DNA of 64,000 nucleotides from a virus: IMG/VR virus record IMGVR_UViG_3300020204_000007, positions 96,001 to 160,000 of that record; one strand, 5' to 3'. Shown piece by piece: positions 8,457 to 16,047 of this stretch (position 1 is its first letter; each line of letters starts with the position of its first letter). The notes under the pieces were generated by a model. It saw only the letters and a program-made list of their open reading frames with translations, ran no database searches and was not told where the DNA came from. The position numbers and the translations under genes were made by a program.

Positions 8457-8864
8457 ATGTTTAGCAAAAATAATCCTGCACATGTGGATATGGTTATCGA
8501 GGCAATTTTGGTAAAATATGCGGGGTGCATTGTCCACAACGCGGAACTAAAAGCGTACCTGTGCGCGGAGCTTCCCGACCTGTTCCCATCCGGTAGGGCG
8601 GATGGGGCGGTGGAGTACTTGGCCGCTGTGCAATTCCGCTCCTGTGTTAACAAAGCAGGAGTTGCCGGAGTTGCCTTCCTCGAAGGTGTAAAGGAAGGCG
8701 GCAAGCGATTTTGGAAGGTTCCGATGGACACTTCCGCAACTGTCGCCAAATCCGACCTCCGAATCGAGGAACTCGGTTCGGTTATCCACACTCGCAAATC
8801 GAAGTTGTCCTTCGGCGAGTATGTGGTAGCTGCAACCAAAAAACCCGAACCCAAGGAAGGGTAA
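8457..8864 (+). CDS. cassette protein, close paralogue of 9494-9883
   Basis: Shares FPSGRADGAVE, GV.G.AFLEG.K.G.KR.WKVP. Confidence 0.85.
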   Translation: MFSKNNPAHVDMVIEAILVKYAGCIVHNAELKAYLCAELPDLFPSGRADGAVEYLAAVQFRSCVNKAGVAGVAFLEGVKEGGKRFWKVPMDTSATVAKSDLRIEELGSVIHTRKSKLSFGEYVVAATKKPEPKEG

Positions 8865-8865
8865 C

Positions 8866-8893
8866 AGGGGGGGCATACCCCCCTTCCTTTTTT
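8866..8893 (+). terminator. intrinsic terminator
   Basis: G/C stem and T run. Confidence 0.7.
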
Positions 8894-8921
8894 GTTCACT
8901 TTAACAGAGCTCTGTTATTAC

Positions 8922-8938
8922 TTGGCATAGTTGTTGCT
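8922..8938 (+). promoter_or_regulatory. single sigma-54 box with no downstream sense gene
   Basis: TTGGCATAGTTGTTGCT pointing into a terminator about 40 bp away. Confidence 0.7.
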
Positions 8939-8974
8939 TACTGTCCCTTTAACAGAGCTCTGTTATATAGCAAC

Positions 8975-9002
8975 AAAAAAAAAGCCCTGTTAAGGGCTTT
9001 TT
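8975..9002. terminator. bidirectional terminator
   Basis: A9-GCCCT-GTTA-AGGGC-T5 between convergent cassettes. Confidence 0.8.
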
Positions 9003-9250
9003 GGGTCGTCGTACCAACAAGGGATTGGTTGTTCGACGTGTTCGCCGTTGCATTGCATATCGATTAGCTCCAGCGTTCCATGCATGCTACCATCCTTCGG
9101 GATGTTAATTTGGACAAGCTTTTGTCCAAAATTAAATCGAACACTAACATGGTCGTCGGACTGTATGTTTTCCACATACAAACCGGATATTAAAATGTCG
9201 TTGTTTGCTGCAAGGTTTGTTAGCAGCGCGTAAAATTCGTTTCCATCCAT
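8990..9250 (-). CDS. small cassette protein
   Basis: AAAGGG RBS, MDGNEFYALL start; promoter at 9294-9322. Confidence 0.75.
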   Translation of the reverse strand: MDGNEFYALLTNLAANNDILISGLYVENIQSDDHVSVRFNFGQKLVQINIPKDGSMHGTLELIDMQCNGEHVEQPIPCWYDDPKSP

Positions 9251-9293
9251 GTTCGACCCTTTCGATGTTTGCAGGATAATCCCTGCAATATAT

Positions 9294-9322
9294 TTATCGG
9301 TACCCAACAAAGGTAAACTTAA
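9294..9322 (-). promoter_or_regulatory. sigma-28-type promoter, long-spacer class
   Basis: Reverse complement TTAAGTTT-N13-ACCGATAA; same core as 7950 and 8382. Confidence 0.7.
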
Positions 9323-9493
9323 ATTTTAATAACAGAGCATCTAAAGCTTCTTTACAGAGTTCTGTTACTTGTAAATCTTTACAGAACTCTGTTGCATCTA
9401 GTCTTGTCTGCTCTGTTCTATTACAATCTAATTACAGAGCTCTGTTGTAGATGCCAAAAAGAGAAAGGGGTGGCTAGCCCCCTGAGGGGGGTG

Positions 9494-9883
9494 TTAGCCC
9501 TCCTCCTTCTGGGATGCAACCAAGCCAAACACGAGCTTGGGTTTCTTGGTCGGGAGCGGAGTGGACAGCTTGTCAAGGCAATCCGCTTTGGCTACAGTAG
9601 TATCGGTGTTTTCTGGTACTTTCCAGTAGCGTTTCTTGCCATCCTTAATCCCTTCAAGGAAAGCAATACCAACGACACCCTTTTTAGTTCTGGAGGATGC
9701 AAAGTCAACGCTTGCAAGGTGTTCGACAGCACCGTCAGCACGACCGCTTGGAAACATTTCTGGCAAGGTAGCAACCAAGTAATCCTTCAGGGTTTGGTTG
9801 TGGACGATTTGTCCTGCAAACTTGTCAAGGATGGCTGCGATAACAAGGTCAAGGTGCTCGGAATTCTTCTTGGAAAAGCTCAT
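9494..9883 (-). CDS. cassette protein, close paralogue of 8457-8864
   Basis: AAGGAG RBS, MSFSKKNSEHL start. Confidence 0.85.
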   Translation of the reverse strand: MSFSKKNSEHLDLVIAAILDKFAGQIVHNQTLKDYLVATLPEMFPSGRADGAVEHLASVDFASSRTKKGVVGIAFLEGIKDGKKRYWKVPENTDTTVAKADCLDKLSTPLPTKKPKLVFGLVASQKEEG

Positions 9884-9931
9884 AGCGATACTCCTTACAG
9901 TGTGTGTTGCAGGATAATCCCTGCATTTACT

Positions 9932-9960
9932 GTATCGGTACCCAACAAAGGTAAACTTAA
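9932..9960 (-). promoter_or_regulatory. sigma-28-type promoter, long-spacer class
   Basis: Reverse complement TTAAGTTT-N13-ACCGATAC; 9908-10006 repeats 9270-9368. Confidence 0.7.
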
Positions 9961-10218
9961 ATTTTAATAACAGAGCATCTAAAGCTTCTTTACAGAGTTC
10001 TGTTACCTCTAGCACCAATACAGAGCTCTGTTATTTGTAGATTAATCTGTTAACTCTGAATCTAGTCTACTCATGAAAACTAGTTCTACGTCTAATAACA
10101 GAGTTCTATTACTACAACCAACAAGAAATGACACCCCCCTGTCACTGGGGGATGCCAAACACATCAGGGGGGTACCAAGAGTTTATTTCCATACCCCCAA
10201 CTCTAAGGGGTTGACTAC

Positions 10219-10458
10219 CTATTCGGCAGTCTCCAAGTCTCGTAGTTCGCCAAAACACAGATGAGGCTGGCTATTGGCGATTCTTTTGGTTTCTTCCTTG
10301 CCATATTGCTCTACCATTTCTGCCTTTAGTTGTTTAAGATTAACCAACGCCTTTTCTCGGGCGCGTTCTTCTTTCCAATACGCATTACCTTCTGCGGCAT
10401 TATGATAACTAACTTGGTTGATTGCTGCTAGAAATTGATCAATAAGTTGTTGGCTCAT
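10219..10458 (-). CDS. hypothetical protein
   Basis: AGGAGA RBS. Confidence 0.7.
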   Translation of the reverse strand: MSQQLIDQFLAAINQVSYHNAAEGNAYWKEERAREKALVNLKQLKAEMVEQYGKEETKRIANSQPHLCFGELRDLETAE

Positions 10459-10473
10459 AATATTCTCCTATGG

Positions 10474-10656
10474 TTATTCATCAAAGTTAATATCGTCGGC
10501 ATCAATATAGCCACTACTGATCACGCTGTCAATAGCTTCTTCAATATCCTGCTCTTCCACATCAACCAACTCGACAATATAGTCTATTTGTTTGTCGGTC
10601 AATTTAACTGTGTATCTTCTTTTAAGGGTGCTAATAACTTCTTGCTTGGTGTTCAT
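10474..10656 (-). CDS. small acidic protein
   Basis: AGGAGG RBS, promoter directly upstream. Confidence 0.7.
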   Translation of the reverse strand: MNTKQEVISTLKRRYTVKLTDKQIDYIVELVDVEEQDIEEAIDSVISSGYIDADDINFDE

Positions 10657-10677
10657 ATGCTGTTCCTCCTACATAAC

Positions 10678-10704
10678 ATATCGGAACAACCAAATCTAAC
10701 TTTA
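10678..10704 (-). promoter_or_regulatory. sigma-28-type promoter
   Basis: Reverse complement TAAA-GTTAGATTTGGTTGT-TCCGATAT. Confidence 0.8.
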
Positions 10705-10849
10705 GGGGTTTTTTATTTGTCGAATATCATTTTTTATATGGCAAATTAGTCTATTAAGATGCTATAATAGAAGTAACATCTACTCATTTCGCCCTCATAA
10801 ATTGGGGGTTTTTCTGTTTACGGCATAAAAAAAAGAAGACTTTTAAGAT

Positions 10850-11072
10850 GTAGCGTCTTGGGAGTAGTCAAGATGCACCTAGGTTGAAGTCACTTCCAGA
10901 CGTTATTCCTAAGACGTTACGCCCAGAATAATAACGCTTCAAAGCGCTTAAATGAATCGATTAGATTGTTTGCCTCGATGTTAGGTGCATTACCACCTAA
11001 TGGAATCTGCTGTTGGGTTAGAACTCCTAAAAGAATAAAGGCCGTTCCGCTATGACCCAATGTGTACACTAA
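10850..11072 (+). ncRNA. candidate structured non-coding RNA
   Basis: 17-bp stem 10850-10866/10904-10920 with three G:U pairs on + strand; further stems TTAGGTG/CACCTAA and TTGGGTTA/TGACCCAA; no long ORF. Confidence 0.35.
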
Positions 11073-11167
11073 TAATGTGTTGCAGTATTCTCGAACATAT
11101 CCCTTAGCCCCTCTGTATTTATATTACTAGACGCCATAATTATGATTCGCAATTTATTATTTTCCAC

Positions 11168-11194
11168 TAAAGTTTGATTTGGTTGTTCCGATAT
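11168..11194 (+). promoter_or_regulatory. sigma-28-type promoter
   Basis: TAAAGTTT-N11-TCCGATAT. Confidence 0.8.
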
Positions 11195-11247
11195 GGAAAT
11201 GTAGGGCAGCAATGGTAACGAGTCCTATAAATGAGGGGGGAAATATT

Positions 11248-11541
11248 ATGATGCACAGAGGGATTACAATTCTTAGTTTGACCAACGGTAATAAGCTCTT
11301 GTTGGTTGGTCGTCCAGATATTTGTTGGCTAGTTCTTGATAAGAACGGTGACCTGCTTGGAGATTTTGATCCCAAGGTTCACGGCAGTGCTACGCAGTAT
11401 CTTGGACATACTTCACTAGCTAAATTGAGCAGTGAGGGGGTGGCGGTATCAGGGTCATTGGGAATGGCTGTGATGGAGAAAATGGCTTTAGCTGATGTGA
11501 CCCCGTATTTGGAGAGCAGGGCAGGTAAGAAGGTTCCTTGA
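11248..11541 (+). CDS. hypothetical protein
   Basis: GAGGGGGG RBS downstream of promoter. Confidence 0.65.
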   Translation: MMHRGITILSLTNGNKLLLVGRPDICWLVLDKNGDLLGDFDPKVHGSATQYLGHTSLAKLSSEGVAVSGSLGMAVMEKMALADVTPYLESRAGKKVP

Positions 11542-11665
11542 CTATTTTAAGAGGAGATGTGTTATGACAACAACAGCTAAGAAATTTTTTGAACGTTCGG
11601 CTGATCAACAACGGTAGTCAATTAAACCTGATTGAGACTTATGAAGAACTAAGAGGGAGTTTGTA

Positions 11666-11833
11666 ATGAATAATGTTGAATTGACCGAAGAAGAAAAAGC
11701 TGCCGCAGAGTTAGCTAAAAAAGAACGATTGGCGCGTGAGCGTCGTGCCAGAGAATTGCGGAATATCAAGGAGGCCGAGGAGACGGAGCGGGCTATTGAA
11801 GAGTGGCGATTTAGTAAATATGAGGACTATTGA
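11666..11833 (+). CDS. small charged coiled protein (55 aa, not in ORF track)
   Basis: GGGAG RBS; MNNVELTEEEKAAAELAKKERLARERRARE... Confidence 0.55.
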   Translation: MNNVELTEEEKAAAELAKKERLARERRARELRNIKEAEETERAIEEWRFSKYEDY

Positions 11834-11889
11834 AATGAATAATATAACGCACGAACAAATCATTGCCTTTATAAAAGAAATATCTCAGT

Positions 11890-12267
11890 ATGAATGAATT
11901 TACTCGTGGTGATTACCACTTTAATCGGTGGACACAGATTGTCGATGGATTTTTCGGTGATACCATAAATATGTTTTGTGTTCAAGCACCAACAGCAGGT
12001 GCATTTCTTCGAGGACATGAATATTTAGATCCGGAGACTCGGAAACCACTTTCTGGGTCGTTCAAAACTATCTTGAGTTTTAAGTTTTCGAGTACGGCAG
12101 AACTTAATTTGTTTTGGAATCAATTTAATGATGCGGTGCATCAATGTGACCAAGTTACTGATCGTATGAATATGCGTGACATTTACGATTGCATCTTAAA
12201 AGCTTCTATCGGAATAAGCCAAAAATCCCGTGAACAAATCATTGACAAGCTAGAATACTTGGTGTAA
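11890..12267 (+). CDS. hypothetical protein
   Basis: ORF; C-terminus resembles 18879, 22186 and 23118 family. Confidence 0.6.
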   Translation: MNEFTRGDYHFNRWTQIVDGFFGDTINMFCVQAPTAGAFLRGHEYLDPETRKPLSGSFKTILSFKFSSTAELNLFWNQFNDAVHQCDQVTDRMNMRDIYDCILKASIGISQKSREQIIDKLEYLV

Positions 12268-12306
12268 AGATGATTATGTTTTGAATCCACGCTTTTAATT
12301 TTCCAC

Positions 12307-12333
12307 TAAAGTTAGATTTGGTTGTTCCGATAT
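12307..12333 (+). promoter_or_regulatory. sigma-28-type promoter
   Basis: TAAA-N15-TCCGATAT; promoter plus leader nearly identical to inverted copy at 10653-10705. Confidence 0.8.
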
Positions 12334-12354
12334 GTTATGTAGGAGGAACAGTAT

Positions 12355-12594
12355 ATGAAAACTCGTAACCATTCTGATACTGGTAGCCACGCAGAATATT
12401 TCTTGACCCTTGTCGAACAAGTTTATGAACATGAACTCGGCACTTCTTTGCTGTATCTTGCCGAAGAAGCTGAAAAGTACACGGTTGACAAATCCGGTGA
12501 CGGTGTTCATATCACTGCATTATTTCCTGATGCCAGCTTTATCAGCGTTGTATTGGATGACGCTGGTTATGTAGAAAAAGTCGTGAGCCACTAA
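12355..12594 (+). CDS. small acidic protein (FPDAS, similar to 7526 and 8024 genes)
   Basis: AGGAGG RBS. Confidence 0.7.
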   Translation: MKTRNHSDTGSHAEYFLTLVEQVYEHELGTSLLYLAEEAEKYTVDKSGDGVHITALFPDASFISVVLDDAGYVEKVVSH

Positions 12595-12606
12595 AAGGAG
12601 AATAGT

Positions 12607-12843
12607 ATGCAAAAGATTTATGTTTGTTTTGTAAATACTAAAAGAGTTGACGCGCCCCATGAATTTGGTATTTCTGATATTGGCCATGTATATGACAATA
12701 AAGAAAACGCAGTCAAACAAATCCTTGAATATGGCTATAAGGCTATAGAGGGGGAGGCTGAAATTTTTGAAAAAATTTCTAAAGACGGTACATATCGTCA
12801 CACATACAAAATTGTTGAAAAGTATGTGTGGGATAGATCATGA
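12607..12843 (+). CDS. hypothetical protein
   Basis: AAGGAG RBS. Confidence 0.65.
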   Translation: MQKIYVCFVNTKRVDAPHEFGISDIGHVYDNKENAVKQILEYGYKAIEGEAEIFEKISKDGTYRHTYKIVEKYVWDRS

Positions 12844-12864
12844 TTATAAATAGAGAGTAAGACA

Positions 12865-13221
12865 ATGGGTGCTGATGGCCATATTGTATTGATGGATGCA
12901 GAAAAATTTATTCAAGATAAAGGTCTTTCGGAAGGCCGTTTTGAATCTTTCTTTCAATTGATTCATTGCGACACAGTTTATCTGCAAAAATTTAAGGGAC
13001 AAAGAGTTATTACTGATTATATTGGCGATAACCTCTATTCCGCGTCTGCATTAAGAGAATTAACTTGGCATGGATTTGATAAAGAAGAATGGGATTCATC
13101 CACATATGAAATTTTGATTGAGAATATGGCTAAATATGAATTTACCTCAGACGAATTTGTAGACTTAAGTCTGTATTTATGGGAAAACTGTAGAATTGAT
13201 GCTTGGGAGGTCTGGGCTTGA
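12865..13221 (+). CDS. hypothetical protein
   Basis: ORF in gene string. Confidence 0.65.
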   Translation: MGADGHIVLMDAEKFIQDKGLSEGRFESFFQLIHCDTVYLQKFKGQRVITDYIGDNLYSASALRELTWHGFDKEEWDSSTYEILIENMAKYEFTSDEFVDLSLYLWENCRIDAWEVWA

Positions 13222-13617
13222 ATCTATTTTTATCAATCTGGTATTATTCAGTAATGACAGTTATGGGTTTGATTATTGCATTTATGTCTTTTATATTGAT
13301 GAAAAACAATTTATGATCTGGTGGGTGTATGGGGGGCTCTATTTTTAATTTATTTTTTGAGTGGAGTTATATTCTTCTCATATAAATCAAATTTAATTCC
13401 AAAATGATAACAGAAAATATAGTTTTAGTTAGAGACTATAAATGAAAATATAATAACTTCTTACTAAAAGGAGGCACCAGATGAACGCTTGGCTAGTTGT
13501 GCTGAACAAAAGAGTCATCAACACTGTCTATTATGATAAAGACTGCTCTGCTCAGTATGCCAAAGATTCTTTGTTCAACCACGATGGGTTTTCAACAAAC
13601 ATTAAAGTTTTTAAGAA

Positions 13618-14211
13618 ATGATTAAACAAATTTTTCCAGATTTTTATTTTTTGAAAAAAATAAATAATCATGATTTATTAAAAAATCAATTTATGCAAAT
13701 TGCAAAAAACGAATGTTTATACGAGCCTGATTGGAGGGGCAAGGTTTTAACGACCAAAACACAAAATCATCAAATAAATTATGAACCATTTTTTATTGAA
13801 TTAAATTGCATAATAAAATCTATGTGTGAAGAATTCAAACTAATAAAAAATGTTCACTACAAAATTGAATCAATATGGATGAATCTTTATAATCAAGGAT
13901 GCTGGCAAGAAATTCATCATCATAGCAATCCGGTTGTTAATTTTTCTTTTGTGTATTTTTTACAATTTGATGATAAAAAAGACGCAAAGTTTTATTTTTT
14001 TAATGAAAAAAGTAAAAATTATTCATCCAGCGGATTAAACAGAATATTTGAGCTTTATCAAAAAAATCACTGGCCAGATATTTTTATTCCAAAAATACAA
14101 GAGGGAGATGTTTTGTTATTTCCCGCTCATTTAACACACGGCGTTGAAATACAAAATTACGAAACAGATAGATGTACAATTTCTGGAAACATTTATATTC
14201 ATCCAGTTTGA
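13618..14211 (+). CDS. putative 2OG-Fe(II) oxygenase
   Basis: WMNLY..QEIHHH, FSFVYF, EGDVLLFPAHLTHGV, RCTISGN. Confidence 0.85.
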   Translation: MIKQIFPDFYFLKKINNHDLLKNQFMQIAKNECLYEPDWRGKVLTTKTQNHQINYEPFFIELNCIIKSMCEEFKLIKNVHYKIESIWMNLYNQGCWQEIHHHSNPVVNFSFVYFLQFDDKKDAKFYFFNEKSKNYSSSGLNRIFELYQKNHWPDIFIPKIQEGDVLLFPAHLTHGVEIQNYETDRCTISGNIYIHPV

Positions 14212-14231
14212 AATTATTTACAAAAATAAAT

Positions 14232-14258
14232 TAAAGTTAGATTACAAAACTCCGATAA
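14232..14258 (+). promoter_or_regulatory. sigma-28-type promoter
   Basis: TAAA-N15-TCCGATAA. Confidence 0.8.
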
Positions 14259-14277
14259 ATAAACATAGGAGTGGTTT

Positions 14278-14589
14278 ATGAAAGTTAAAGAATTTGAAAA
14301 AAGTCAACATTCCCTACGTTCTAGGCGAAAAAAGTCAATCTTATATCTAGTTGTTTCAGGCGGGGTTTCTAACAAAAGAGTATTTAGTGAAGCCAGAAAA
14401 AATGTTATTCCAGCGCTCATAGCACAATACGATTTACCCAAAGACACTAAATTCAGATGGGAAAGCAGGGCTGGATGTTTCTGTGGATGTTCTCCCGGAT
14501 ACGTCTTCGATAGTAAATCAAGACCATATGAATATTGGTGTCAATTAGAGTTAGATGAAACTGATCCAGAATACGTGGAGAAATTATGA
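14278..14589 (+). CDS. hypothetical protein with AGCxCGCSPG motif
   Basis: AGGAG RBS after promoter. Confidence 0.7.
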   Translation: MKVKEFEKSQHSLRSRRKKSILYLVVSGGVSNKRVFSEARKNVIPALIAQYDLPKDTKFRWESRAGCFCGCSPGYVFDSKSRPYEYWCQLELDETDPEYVEKL

Positions 14590-14849
14590 AGTTAAATAAA
14601 AAACAACAAGAAGCGTTATGCAAAATAGTCCAAGACACATTGTGGATGGCGCGAAGATATGCAGATGGACGCTCAACTTATGCACCAGATATGTTTAATA
14701 AATGCGTGCATCTATTAGAAGAAGTTGGACTTGGTGAATTATACGTTGCCGATAAAGATAAGTGGGCAAATGATGGAATGTTTGGCAAGTATGATCCAGA
14801 AATTAGACGTTTTGTGAATGAAAAGGAGGAAGAAAATGGAACTCTCTAA
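14586..14849 (+). CDS. hypothetical protein
   Basis: ATGA overlap; WMARRYADGRSTYAP. Confidence 0.7.
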   Translation: MKLNKKQQEALCKIVQDTLWMARRYADGRSTYAPDMFNKCVHLLEEVGLGELYVADKDKWANDGMFGKYDPEIRRFVNEKEEENGTL

Positions 14850-15072
14850 CGAAACATTGAATTTCCAGCAGGATATTATTGCAACCCAATTACATGAAAC
14901 AGCAGAGCTTTTAATGCAATTATTTGATAACGACACAGAAAGTGCTAATTTGTGGCTTTTGTCGCCCAATCATTTGTTTTTTGATAAAACTCCAGTAGAA
15001 GTAATTTTTGAAGGAAACGGCAATACTGTCATTGATGTATTAAAAGAATGGTCGGAAACAAAAAACGCATAA
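14836..15072 (+). CDS. Xre/MbcA/ParS antitoxin C-terminal-like domain protein
   Basis: LF.....A..WL.SPN..F...TP...I..G....V...L pattern; AGGAGG RBS. Confidence 0.65.
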   Translation: MELSNETLNFQQDIIATQLHETAELLMQLFDNDTESANLWLLSPNHLFFDKTPVEVIFEGNGNTVIDVLKEWSETKNA

Positions 15073-15096
15073 AGTTAGATTCCAAAGTTCCGATAT
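15070..15096 (+). promoter_or_regulatory. sigma-28-type promoter
   Basis: TAAA-N15-TCCGATAT; TAA is the upstream stop codon. Confidence 0.8.
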
Positions 15097-15142
15097 GTAA
15101 ATGTAGGTAATACAGCCTACAAGAAATTAAGGGGAATACATC

Positions 15143-15328
15143 ATGGATAACGTAATTGATTTGGCTGAGCGCAGACTGGCAAAACAAGCAAAGACACAAC
15201 TAGAAGAGTTAAGCTTCAATAACCAACAACCATCATCTGACAGCAATGTTCAAAAAACCAAAGAACAAATTGAACAAGAACGACGCGAGCATAATGAACG
15301 CGTTCTCAAAAACTACAGAATTAAATGA
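15143..15328 (+). CDS. hypothetical protein
   Basis: AAGGGG RBS after promoter hairpin. Confidence 0.7.
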   Translation: MDNVIDLAERRLAKQAKTQLEELSFNNQQPSSDSNVQKTKEQIEQERREHNERVLKNYRIK

Positions 15329-15337
15329 GGTACAACC

Positions 15338-15553
15338 ATGAAACTCCATTGTGTATTTGAATTAAATGACGAAACAAACAAATGGAAATTTGTGAAAGCG
15401 TTCAGTAAACGAGAAATGGTTGAACAATTTCTTGACGACAACATAGAATTTGGTATTTTTACAGTTGTTGAAACTTCAGTAAAACGCCCACCCCCACCAG
15501 AGGTGGATGAATTTGAGCAGGAGGAACTATATGCTGATCTATCAAACAACTGA
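15338..15553 (+). CDS. hypothetical protein
   Basis: GAGG RBS. Confidence 0.6.
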   Translation: MKLHCVFELNDETNKWKFVKAFSKREMVEQFLDDNIEFGIFTVVETSVKRPPPPEVDEFEQEELYADLSNN

Positions 15554-15809
15554 TCAAGCTGTTCTTCTTCAAGAACATCGTTGGGCATATATCAAAAAAG
15601 GCGACAAAAAAATCAAATGGCATAATAGATTTAAAGAAATGTCAAATGCTCTTGGCAAATTAAATTATTATTTGATAGATAGTGTCGGCAATTTAATTAC
15701 TGATTCAAAAGGTTTGAATGTTCCTAATAGAGAATGGACTGGCGAAATACACGAAGATGTCGAAAAATTAGTTTCTGAATTAAACATTGGAGACTATTAT
15801 GTCGAATAA
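15531..15809 (+). CDS. hypothetical protein
   Basis: GGAGG RBS before ATG 15531. Confidence 0.6.
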   Translation: MLIYQTTDQAVLLQEHRWAYIKKGDKKIKWHNRFKEMSNALGKLNYYLIDSVGNLITDSKGLNVPNREWTGEIHEDVEKLVSELNIGDYYVE

Positions 15810-16047
15810 CTTAAAAGATGTTTTGATTGATGATGAAGATTTAATTATTTTAGAAACTGCAATCAATTTTTTCAAAACATGTTTAGATGATTACGAATCG
15901 TATCAATTTTCAAAAAGAGATTTGATAGAAATTATGCAAGATGCCGAATGTCATTTATATGACAACGGTATTCGTTTGACGGCAAAAAAAGTTGAAACTA
16001 TTTGCAAAAAAATAAATCATGATACAACTTGGGTTGAAACTCTATGA
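15799..16047 (+). CDS. hypothetical protein
   Basis: GGAG RBS. Confidence 0.6.
   Translation: MSNNLKDVLIDDEDLIILETAINFFKTCLDDYESYQFSKRDLIEIMQDAECHLYDNGIRLTAKKVETICKKINHDTTWVETL

Larger units (their letters stand above)
7329..10031. repeat. 12 dispersed copies of palindrome (TA)ACAGA-RY-TCTGT(TA), putative protein-binding sites
   Basis: Cores at 7331, 7379, 7809, 7857, 8291, 8904, 8952, 9354, 9381, 9434, 9992, 10020, all intergenic, plus half-sites. Confidence 0.85.

Noticed and set aside
7329-8965. CRISPR array
   Set aside because: Repeats are irregularly spaced, separated by whole genes with RBS and terminators, and no cas genes are in the window.
6239-9967. Many overlapping and antisense ORFs in the track (e.g. 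6719-7291, 7993-8385, 8441-8899, 9392-9967)
   Set aside because: By-products of high GC and of the repeats; they lack an RBS and run through terminators and promoters.
7331-10031. Palindrome cores as restriction-site decoys (GAGCTC, GAATTC)
   Set aside because: Conservation extends well beyond the hexamer and the centre also varies to GAGTTC/GAACTC, which fits a dimeric regulator site better.
6100-10100. Classical integron with attC sites
   Set aside because: No integrase in the window, no GTTRRRY/RYYYAAC-bounded attC structure recognised, and cassettes carry their own promoters.
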